Shown here: piece by piece, positions 56,998-64,000 of the stretch | Numbering within the stretch: the first letter of the stretch is position 1 | Layout of the letters: every line of letters starts with the position of its first letter | Source: an uncultured Coxiellaceae bacterium | GTDB taxonomy: Bacteria; Pseudomonadota; Gammaproteobacteria; DASZBR01 | Direction: 5' to 3' | DNA length: 64,000 nucleotides | Assembly (NCBI GenBank): GCA_964559315.1 | Contig: CAZLGL010000010.1 | Span: 7,624-71,623, forward strand | Position numbers and translations under genes: made by a program | Notes under the pieces: generated by a model | The model's input: the letters and a program-made list of their open reading frames with translations, nothing else | Databases searched by the model: none | What the model was told of the DNA's origin: nothing

Positions 56998-57968
56998 AGT
57001 CGACGCAGTATTTAGATTACGCCAAAAAAGTTATTCAATTGGAAGCAGAATCCATTTCAGCCTTAGAATCTCGCATTGATGAAAATTTTTCTCACGCGTG
57101 CGACATTTTATTAAAATGTTCTGAGCGTGTTGTTGTGATGGGAATGGGAAAATCCAGTTATATTGGCGGAAAAATTGCCGCTACTTTAGCGAGTACTGGT
57201 ACCCCTGCGTTTTTTGTGCATCCCGGTGAAGCCAGTCACGGCGATCTGGGTATGATTACCCAAAAAGATGTCGTGATTGCCATTTCAAATTCAGGCGAAA
57301 CACCCGAAATATTGACGATTTTGCCATTAATTAAGCATCTCAACGTGTCATTAATAGCCATGACAGGAAATATGTCGTCGACATTATCAAAAGCGGCGGA
57401 TGTAAGTTTGGATGTGAGCATTAAAGAAGAAGCCTGTCCGTTAGGATTAGCTCCAACCTCCAGTACAACCGCTGCATTAGTGATGGGCGATGCATTAGCG
57501 ATTACCTTATTACAAGCGCGCGGGTTTACGGCCGTCGATTTTGCGCGTTCTCATCCGGGTGGACGTTTAGGTAAGCGTTTATTATTAAAAGTCAGTGATT
57601 TAATGAAAGCCGGTGACGAGATGCCGATAGTTGATGGAACCGTGACCGTTTCAGACGCATTAATGGAAATGTCCAAAAAAAGTTTGGGTATGACGATGGT
57701 AGTGGATAAAAAATCCCAGAAATTGTTGGGAATTTATACTGATGGTGATTTGCGTCGAACATTAGATAAAAGTTTAGATATTCGAACCATGGCAGTTGAA
57801 AAAGTTATGTCTAAAAATCCTAAAGTGATTGATGCTGAAAAATTAGCGGTAGAAGCCCTGAAAATAATGGAAGATTTTCGTATCACGTCATTAGTAATTG
57901 TAAACCGTGATCATATTCCGCAAGGGGTAATTCATATGCATGATTTATTGAAAGCAGGAGTGGCGTAA
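56994..57968 (+). CDS. kdsD: Arabinose-5-phosphate isomerase (SIS + tandem CBS)
   Basis: VVVMGMGKSSYIGGKIAATLASTGTPAFFVHPGEASHGDLG. A C-terminal CBS pair is present. Confidence 0.92.
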   Translation: MKSTQYLDYAKKVIQLEAESISALESRIDENFSHACDILLKCSERVVVMGMGKSSYIGGKIAATLASTGTPAFFVHPGEASHGDLGMITQKDVVIAISNSGETPEILTILPLIKHLNVSLIAMTGNMSSTLSKAADVSLDVSIKEEACPLGLAPTSSTTAALVMGDALAITLLQARGFTAVDFARSHPGGRLGKRLLLKVSDLMKAGDEMPIVDGTVTVSDALMEMSKKSLGMTMVVDKKSQKLLGIYTDGDLRRTLDKSLDIRTMAVEKVMSKNPKVIDAEKLAVEALKIMEDFRITSLVIVNRDHIPQGVIHMHDLLKAGVA

Positions 57969-58502
57969 ATGGATGGACACCAAACGTTTATCGAACGTGC
58001 CCGCAAAGTCAAATTAGCGATCTTTGATGTTGACGGTGTATTTACCGATGGGCAAATTTATGTCGATGATAATGGCATTGAAACCAAAGGGTTTAATGTA
58101 TTAGATGGCCAAGGAATTAAATTATTGCAACAAACACCTGTGCAGGTTGCCATTATCAGTGGACGTTATGCGCCGGGTGTAATGATTCGTATGCAAAAAC
58201 AATTAGGCATTCAACATGTTTTTTTAGGTGATACCAATAAATTGCCGATTTATGAAGAATTACTTAAAAAATTAAATATTAAAGATGATGAGGTTGCCTA
58301 TGTCGGTGATGATCTGCCAGATTTGCCGATATTGCGTCGGGTAGGATTACCCATGGGAGTACCTGATGCAGTACCAGCCGTGATGAAAACCGTTTCATTT
58401 GTCACCCAAAATCGAGGCGGAAAAGGTGCTGTGCGGGAAGTATGTGAAGCCATTATGAGCGCACAAGGTAATTGGGAAGCCGCATTGAAAAAATATCTAT
58501 GA
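57969..58502 (+). CDS. kdsC: KDO 8-phosphate phosphatase
   Basis: LAIFDVDGVFTDG (HAD motif I), YVGDDLPDLP. Confidence 0.9.
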   Translation: MDGHQTFIERARKVKLAIFDVDGVFTDGQIYVDDNGIETKGFNVLDGQGIKLLQQTPVQVAIISGRYAPGVMIRMQKQLGIQHVFLGDTNKLPIYEELLKKLNIKDDEVAYVGDDLPDLPILRRVGLPMGVPDAVPAVMKTVSFVTQNRGGKGAVREVCEAIMSAQGNWEAALKKYL

Positions 58503-59296
58503 TCAAACAATCCCATTTTTCATTTGCCTTAGTATTTACAACATTACTTTCCCTCTGGTTGGTATGGCATTACGTGATTAATTTTACACTGAATGGAGCG
58601 GCAAATCCGAATTTGCCGGATTCGTTTGCACAAAACGTGACGGTGACTGTCATGGATAAAGTAGGGAAGCCGCAATACCAATTTTTTTCTCCTTTGCTTT
58701 ATCATTATGCAATTAATGATCGAACGGATTTTGATTCACCGGTGATTTTATTTTTCCAACCGTCTCAATCCGAATGGCGAGGAACCGCTGAACACGGTGA
58801 AGCGTTTCAAGGCGACAGCAAAATTACGCTATGGGGAAATGTATTATTTCACCAGGCCAAAGGCCCAACAAATCCGGAAACGAATATTCAAACGCAATTA
58901 TTGCTGCTATTTCCTGAAACGCGTATGGCATCTACGCCGGAATATATTTCTGCAGTACAACCGTATGCCTCTATCAGCGGCATTGGTATGAGTATGGATC
59001 TAAATGCGCACACTATCGATTTATTATCAAAAGTGCAGGGGATGTATTTACCGCAACCGCCACAAAAAGGCGAAACCGTTCATGTGACATCTGAGCGTGC
59101 TCATTTGGATAAACAAACCGAGATAGTGACATTTTTAGGCAATGCGCGATTGCAACAAGGCCCCAACAGTTATGCTGCGCCGAAAATCGAGTATTATATT
59201 CAAAAACGTATGGTTGTTTCGCCTGAATCACGCAGCGGAAAAACAACCATTGTTATTCAGCCAAAGACGTTGAATAAAGGAAATACACATGGATAA
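58499..59296 (+). CDS. lptC: LptC fused to a segment resembling the C-terminal half of LptA
   Basis: The ATG at 58499 overlaps the kdsC stop (ATGA). An N-terminal anchor plus LptC-like body runs to ~aa 190 (..[14 protein letters not shown]). Then [60 protein letters not shown] aligns by eye with E. coli LptA ..MHYELAKDFVVLTGNAYLQQVDSNIKGDKITYLVKEQKMQAF..GKRVTTVLVPSQL. Confidence 0.7.
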   Translation: MIKQSHFSFALVFTTLLSLWLVWHYVINFTLNGAANPNLPDSFAQNVTVTVMDKVGKPQYQFFSPLLYHYAINDRTDFDSPVILFFQPSQSEWRGTAEHGEAFQGDSKITLWGNVLFHQAKGPTNPETNIQTQLLLLFPETRMASTPEYISAVQPYASISGIGMSMDLNAHTIDLLSKVQGMYLPQPPQKGETVHVTSERAHLDKQTEIVTFLGNARLQQGPNSYAAPKIEYYIQKRMVVSPESRSGKTTIVIQPKTLNKGNTHG

Positions 59297-60014
59297 ATTA
59301 GTGGTAAACCACCTGCAAAAATCCTATCGTGCGCGTATGGTCGTGCAAGATGTGTCGTTTGAAATTAACCGTGGGGAAATTGTGGGATTATTAGGACCCA
59401 ATGGTGCAGGAAAAACCACCAGCTTTTATATGGTCGTCGGATTAGTTCCCGCGGATGGCGGAAAAGTACTATTTGATGGAAATGATATTACGTTTATGCC
59501 CATGCATGAGCGTGCACAATTAGGCATTGGTTATTTGCCGCAAGAGCCGTCGGTGTTTCGTAAATTAACCGTATATGAAAACATCATGGGTGTATTAGAA
59601 CTTCGCCATGAATTAACACCCGAACGTCGCGAAAGAATTGTCGAGCAATTACTGAATGAATTTCATATTAATCATCTGAAAGATTCTCACGGAATCAGTT
59701 TGTCGGGTGGTGAACGCCGTCGGGTGGAAATTGCTCGCGCATTGGCAATGGAGCCCAAATTTATTTTGTTAGACGAACCCTTTGCAGGAATTGATCCTAT
59801 ATCCGTTATTGATTTAAAACGCATTATTCATCATCTGAATGAAAAGGGCATCGGTATTTTAATTACCGACCATAATGTTCGAGAGACATTAGCGATTTGC
59901 CATCGTGCCTATATTGTCAATGAAGGCAAAGTGTTGTGTGAAGGTTCGCCGGCGACGATTCTGAAAGATCAGCGCGTGCGTGAGGTGTATTTAGGTGATG
60001 ATTTTGAATTATAG
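59289..60014 (+). CDS. lptB: LPS export ABC ATPase LptB
   Basis: [33 protein letters not shown]. Confidence 0.93.
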   Translation: MDKLVVNHLQKSYRARMVVQDVSFEINRGEIVGLLGPNGAGKTTSFYMVVGLVPADGGKVLFDGNDITFMPMHERAQLGIGYLPQEPSVFRKLTVYENIMGVLELRHELTPERRERIVEQLLNEFHINHLKDSHGISLSGGERRRVEIARALAMEPKFILLDEPFAGIDPISVIDLKRIIHHLNEKGIGILITDHNVRETLAICHRAYIVNEGKVLCEGSPATILKDQRVREVYLGDDFEL

Positions 60015-60044
60015 TTTTTTTAAATTGAAAAAAGGAGAGCAGTG

Positions 60045-60341
60045 ATGAGTATTCCAATGACAATTACAGGGCACCATATTGAAGTGACCCCCGCATTAAA
60101 AGAGTATGCCACCGAAAAGTTAGCGCGCTTAGAAAAGCGTGGTGATCATATTACCCATATCACGGTTACGTTGACAGTTGAAAAATTAAATCAAATTGCG
60201 AAAGCGACATTGCATGTCAAAGGCGCAGAAATTCATGCGAGTCATGAATCGGGTGATATGTATGCGTCAATCGATGGCTTAGTGGATAAATTAAATCGCC
60301 AAATTACGAAGCACCGTGATTCAACTACCGATCATCACTAA
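60045..60341 (+). CDS. hpf: Ribosome hibernation promoting factor (short HPF/YfiA type)
   Basis: MSIPMTITGHHIEVTPALKEYATEKL..MYASIDGLVDKLNRQITKH. Confidence 0.88.
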   Translation: MSIPMTITGHHIEVTPALKEYATEKLARLEKRGDHITHITVTLTVEKLNQIAKATLHVKGAEIHASHESGDMYASIDGLVDKLNRQITKHRDSTTDHH

Positions 60342-60993
60342 AATTGTTTTAATAAGTGCGTTATACCTTAACGTTCCTTATCAACAACTGAACTGTCAGA
60401 ATTATGTCGAGACAGTGCTTGCGCGCGCGGTTTCGACAAATTCACAAGAACTCGAAAAAAATATGGATGCGATTCGCTATAATCACGCCCCCGATGATTA
60501 TTTCACGCGTAATCATTTTCCGGCCGCGGATTGGATTCCGAATAATATTAAAAAACATTATATTTATTACAGTTCATTGAATTCGGCAGAAATATCAACT
60601 GCAGAAGATAAACCTGCGTGGTGTATCACACAGCTACATAATAACAGCCTCTGTTATGAAAAATTCAAAAAAACATGGGTGGTGCTGCGTTATATTCCCG
60701 TATCACAGTTTTCTGAGCTAGCTTCGCAAGTTCCAAGCGGAAGTATTTTGTTTATTGTGAAACCCAGTAAATATACCTTAATTTCGCATATGGGTTTTGC
60801 GATTCAAAAGGATAATATTTTGTATTTGCGGGCAGCTTCCTCGTTAGCAGGTAAAGTGACAGACTACGATTTATTGAATTATTTGAAATTTGAACCCGGT
60901 ATCAAAGGTATTTCGGTATTATTGCCTGAAAATCGAGATGAGCCACAACCATCCGAGAATTCTGCCGGGAAAGCCGCGGGGAGCCAAGATTAA
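60316..60993 (+). CDS. DUF1460 (amidase-like) protein, possibly 5'-truncated
   Basis: ..NCQNYVETVLARA.., ..ISHMGFAI.., ..LYLRAAS.. resemble DUF1460 (from memory). The start is uncertain: the GTG lies inside the hpf 3' end and no signal peptide is seen. The 3' end overlaps convergent comEC by 75 nt. Confidence 0.45.
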   Translation: MIQLPIITKIVLISALYLNVPYQQLNCQNYVETVLARAVSTNSQELEKNMDAIRYNHAPDDYFTRNHFPAADWIPNNIKKHYIYYSSLNSAEISTAEDKPAWCITQLHNNSLCYEKFKKTWVVLRYIPVSQFSELASQVPSGSILFIVKPSKYTLISHMGFAIQKDNILYLRAASSLAGKVTDYDLLNYLKFEPGIKGISVLLPENRDEPQPSENSAGKAAGSQD

Positions 60994-62211
60994 CAGCACG
61001 CCCACCGTTGCGCGAAAAATATCAGTGTATGTAATCGTTGCGTAATATTGTGAATGCGGTAATTGGGCGAGTGCGTGCATCGCGATCCAAAAATGCATGA
61101 GCAAAAATTCAGCGATGAACCATAACGGATGAAATCCAATTCCGGCTAAACATAAGGGTAAAATAATAAATCCCACAAACGGAATCGCAATGACATTTCC
61201 TAAAAATCCCACCCATGAGAGTTGTTCGAAAAATAATAAATTTAGGGGGATTAATCCGACGGCCATAATCCATTGGGCGTGCGTCCAATGATGCCACGCA
61301 GAAAGTTTTCCTGTTCTTCCGCCCATTGCATAAATTAATAAAAATACCGCACAGAACGATAGGCAAAATGTGGGCGTAAAAATACCTAAGGGGTTAATTA
61401 AAATAACGATAAATAATGCAAGGAAATAGCTAAAAAACAAGCTGATTTTACGCCGTGATAATTCTGCGATAGTAAAAATACTGAGCATAATAATGGCGCG
61501 TTGCGCGGGGATGGCAAAGCCGGATAATGCGGCATACAGTATTGCAAACACTAAGCCTATAAATAGCGCCGCTTCTTGTGCGGGAATCCACAGCATTAAT
61601 TTTTCAGAGTAGCGCCAGAGTTTATTTGCCAAAAAAAATATAAAGCCAAATACAAATCCAATATGTAATCCGGCAATGGCCATCAAATGATTGGTTCCCG
61701 TTCCACGTAAATCATTCCATTGGGGCTCAGTAATCTGATCGCGCATGCCTATGGTAAGCGCGCTAACAAATCCTATGCCAGATTTATTGTTTAGCGTTTG
61801 TTTGAGTTGGCCGTAAATTTTTTCGCGTATTTTTTGTATAGGATAATCCCAAGATTTAGATTGGTTGTTTAAGAGTAATTGATTTTTATAATTAAACTTT
61901 ACTGTGCCGATAGCGTTGATATGTTGAGTGAATAACCAATTTTGCCATGCGGGTTTGATAGAAATTTCCAGTTGCCATTGATCGCCAATGTGAAGTTGGA
62001 CAGGAGGACAGTAATACCATCGAAGAAATATTTTTTGGTTGGTATTGTTGGGAATAAAGATAAATTGAACGGCATGTTGTTGGTGTTCGGCTATGCTGGC
62101 AATGGTGCCTGTGGTTAAGTGGGTTTGTGCTGGAAGTTGAGGGGGAAAATTAAAACTTCCCGTAAAAAATAAAATTATTAGTAAAGTCATGAATATTATA
62201 GTTTTGAACAT
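60919..62211 (-). CDS. comEC: ComEC/Rec2 DNA-uptake channel protein lacking the C-terminal metallo-beta-lactamase domain
   Basis: 430 aa. An N-terminal DUF4131-like region is followed by the polytopic Competence domain (..TGTNHLMAIAGLHIGFV..). The ORF ends right where the MBL domain normally begins. Confidence 0.75.
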   Translation of the reverse strand: MFKTIIFMTLLIILFFTGSFNFPPQLPAQTHLTTGTIASIAEHQQHAVQFIFIPNNTNQKIFLRWYYCPPVQLHIGDQWQLEISIKPAWQNWLFTQHINAIGTVKFNYKNQLLLNNQSKSWDYPIQKIREKIYGQLKQTLNNKSGIGFVSALTIGMRDQITEPQWNDLRGTGTNHLMAIAGLHIGFVFGFIFFLANKLWRYSEKLMLWIPAQEAALFIGLVFAILYAALSGFAIPAQRAIIMLSIFTIAELSRRKISLFFSYFLALFIVILINPLGIFTPTFCLSFCAVFLLIYAMGGRTGKLSAWHHWTHAQWIMAVGLIPLNLLFFEQLSWVGFLGNVIAIPFVGFIILPLCLAGIGFHPLWFIAEFLLMHFWIAMHALAQLPHSQYYATITYTDIFRATVGVLLILAPRGFPGRILGWLWLISIFRQ

Positions 62212-62630
62212 GTTACTCGCCCACCCCGATTCAGCGTAAGTTTATATTCCCCATGAATGACAAAACTGCCATTACTGCCTTCACTCATGCCATTAGGTTG
62301 AAAAGTAATCGTGTTTTTACGTGATAATTGCAGTGACGTAATATTTACGGGAGACGCAGGATAAATTTTTAATGCGTTGGCGTTACGCAAAATTTCCCAG
62401 CCATTTTGATAATTATGATTAATGGGTTTGATTTCAATGTCAGAACGTGTCAGTAGTGCTTGTAATCGAGCGTAACGCAAACCATCGGCTAATCGTTCGG
62501 TAATAATTTTTGCTTGAAGATGTTGAGTGAAAGATTTCCAGGAGGGAAGTGCAACGCAAAATAAAACACTCACAATGCCTAGTGTGAGTAGTAACTCTAA
62601 TAAAGTGAACCCATGACGAGTGTTAGACAT
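62196..62630 (-). CDS. Type IV minor pilin, GspH/FimT family
   Basis: The prepilin leader and N-methylation site is MSNTRHG|FTLLELLLTLGIVSVLF, with Glu at +5. 144 aa. It has a GspH-like body and overlaps the comEC start by 16 nt. Confidence 0.75.
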   Translation of the reverse strand: MSNTRHGFTLLELLLTLGIVSVLFCVALPSWKSFTQHLQAKIITERLADGLRYARLQALLTRSDIEIKPINHNYQNGWEILRNANALKIYPASPVNITSLQLSRKNTITFQPNGMSEGSNGSFVIHGEYKLTLNRGGRVTCSKL

Positions 62631-63445
62631 AGTACCGTTAAATTTATTATTGAGAATGAAAACATCTTGCGCGCCCAGCGTTTTTTATCTGTGATATTAA
62701 AATCTTTCAGGCCTAACGCGAACCACATCATACCAAAACATAATGCGACACCAAAATAAAAGTCATTCGCATAGTGAAATACACTGGGTAAAACGGACAC
62801 CAGTGTAAACGGTAAAATATAAGCCATGATCGCAAATTGGGTATAACGAATATTTTTACGCAGGGGTAGTACTGGAAGCGATACCGCTTTGAAATCCTCT
62901 AAACGATAAATTGCGATAGCATAGAAATGCGGCATTTGCCAAAAAAATAAAATTAAAAATGCAATAATAGCGCCCATATCAAATTGATTCGTGATGGCAC
63001 AATATCCCGCTACCGGAGGAACCGCACCCGCAATAGCACCAATGGGCGTACTTAATATAGAACGGCGTTTTAATAACACGCTGTAAATTACAGCATAACC
63101 GACAAAGCCTACAGCGGTAACTATCACCGTCAGTAAATTGGTGTAAATAAATAAAATAAGAAATCCTGCGAGGCCTAACAATGTTGCATACACAAGTGCG
63201 ATAGTGGGAGAGAGTTCATCTTTGGCTAGAACGCGATTTTTTGTCCGCTCCATAATCCGATCAATGTCGCGATCATAAACATTATTAAATACACAACCCG
63301 ATGCAATGACTAAGGATATTCCTACTAAAGTAAAAAAAAGGGTAGAAAGCTGAAGGGGATGTGGAGAGGCTAAAAAATATCCGCCCAAAACCGCGATTAA
63401 ATTTCCAAAAATAATACCCGGTTTTGTGACGGATAAAAATTTCAC
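62597..63445 (-). CDS. cyoE: Protoheme IX farnesyltransferase
   Basis: UbiA-family motifs NNVYDRDIDRIMERTKNR and WQMPHFYAIAIYR. Confidence 0.9.
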   Translation of the reverse strand: MKFLSVTKPGIIFGNLIAVLGGYFLASPHPLQLSTLFFTLVGISLVIASGCVFNNVYDRDIDRIMERTKNRVLAKDELSPTIALVYATLLGLAGFLILFIYTNLLTVIVTAVGFVGYAVIYSVLLKRRSILSTPIGAIAGAVPPVAGYCAITNQFDMGAIIAFLILFFWQMPHFYAIAIYRLEDFKAVSLPVLPLRKNIRYTQFAIMAYILPFTLVSVLPSVFHYANDFYFGVALCFGMMWFALGLKDFNITDKKRWARKMFSFSIINLTVLCLTLVMGSLY

Positions 63446-63795
63446 TAGTGCGACATCATATTGTAATTTAAGTTATACATAATCCACAAAGAGCCACCTA
63501 ATACAACAACTACCACGAAAATGGCAAATAAAAATGGATATAAATTCCAGCGTCCTTCCGGCCCTGCATTCAATCGCAAAAAACATAATGTTTGAACGGC
63601 AAATTGCAGTAAGGCTAAAACAGCGATGGTGACGTATAGCATTTCTGTGCTAAAAATTTGTTTCATGACGGCATAAAAAGCTGCTGTGGTTAATAGAAAA
63701 GAAAGTACAAGGCCTGTGAGATAGGCGCTGAGTGTTTTGGGTGAGGTGCCATAACTTTCATTGTGGGAAGCGTGATCGTGATTATGCAGAGACAT
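63445..63795 (-). CDS. cyoD: Cytochrome bo3 ubiquinol oxidase subunit IV
   Basis: 116 aa with three TM helices. It lies between cyoC and cyoE. Confidence 0.8.
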   Translation of the reverse strand: MSLHNHDHASHNESYGTSPKTLSAYLTGLVLSFLLTTAAFYAVMKQIFSTEMLYVTIAVLALLQFAVQTLCFLRLNAGPEGRWNLYPFLFAIFVVVVVLGGSLWIMYNLNYNMMSH

Positions 63796-63796
63796 A

Positions 63797-64000
63797 TTAA
63801 AGTACTCCCATTAAATAAACGAGACTGAAAACAAAAATCCAAACAATATCAAGAAAAGCCCAAAATAATCCTAAATAGGTTAAGCGTCTTTTCATTGTGG
63901 GGGTAAGTCCGAATATTGTAAGCTGAATTAATAGTACCGCCATCCACAGTAGCCCCATGCTTACGTGAAGTCCATGTGTCCCTACTAGCGTGAAAAAGGC
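63797..64000 (-). CDS. cyoC: Cytochrome bo3 ubiquinol oxidase subunit III, 3' part (5' end outside window)
   Basis: Minus-strand translation from 64000 reads [49 protein letters not shown], the conserved C-terminus of subunit III. It is absent from the ORF track because no start codon lies within the window. Confidence 0.85.
   Translation of the reverse strand, partial: AFFTLVGTHGLHVSMGLLWMAVLLIQLTIFGLTPTMKRRLTYLGLFWAFLDIVWIFVFSLVYLMGVL

Noticed and set aside
1-64000. IS elements / transposases flanking the gene stumps
   Set aside because: No transposase-like ORF or terminal inverted repeat pair was seen next to the RND remnants or elsewhere. The rearrangements are unexplained by anything visible.

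Overview
AT-rich gammaproteobacterial chromosome segment. I infer it is Legionellales-like from four things: a mevalonate pathway, effector-like genes, a PmrA-type box, and no rpoN in the lpt-hpf cluster.

Bases 1-24442 form an accessory heavy-metal/metalloid island. It abuts the 3' end of a tRNA(CAU) gene beside rpoD. It carries its own integration/replication module: tyrosine integrase, AlpA-type HTH protein, DUF3987 protein, an iteron-rich repeat region, and a Fic protein. The cargo includes:
- a czcBA RND pump, a CDF transporter and a DsbA-like oxidoreductase
- a Zn/Cd-type and a Cu-type P1B ATPase
- CueR with two recognisable operators
- a fused CopA-CopB multicopper oxidase/outer-membrane protein, and a cupredoxin
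- arsM-arsC-arsR with no arsenite pump
- two stumps of RND genes
- two paralogous secreted 6-Cys peptides that look like bufferin (BufA2-type) RiPP precursors, with no MNIO/DUF2063 enzyme anywhere in the window
- an unknown Cys-cluster protein

Bases 24443-64000 are core genome: rpoD, hldD, fmt-def, surE-nlpD-rpoS, fabD-fabG-acpP-fabF, mltG, mlaFEDCB-ibaG, kdsDC-lptC-lptB-hpf, comEC and cyoCDE. This core is interrupted by lineage-specific effector-like genes:
- three coiled-coil proteins behind a PmrA-like box
- a 1781-aa protein with a polytopic C-terminus
- a 470-aa membrane protein

The core also contains two natural gene fusions: HMG-CoA reductase with mevalonate kinase, and LptC with the C-terminal half of LptA.

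No rRNA genes, CRISPR arrays or transposases were seen. All family assignments come from motif reading by eye, not from searches.
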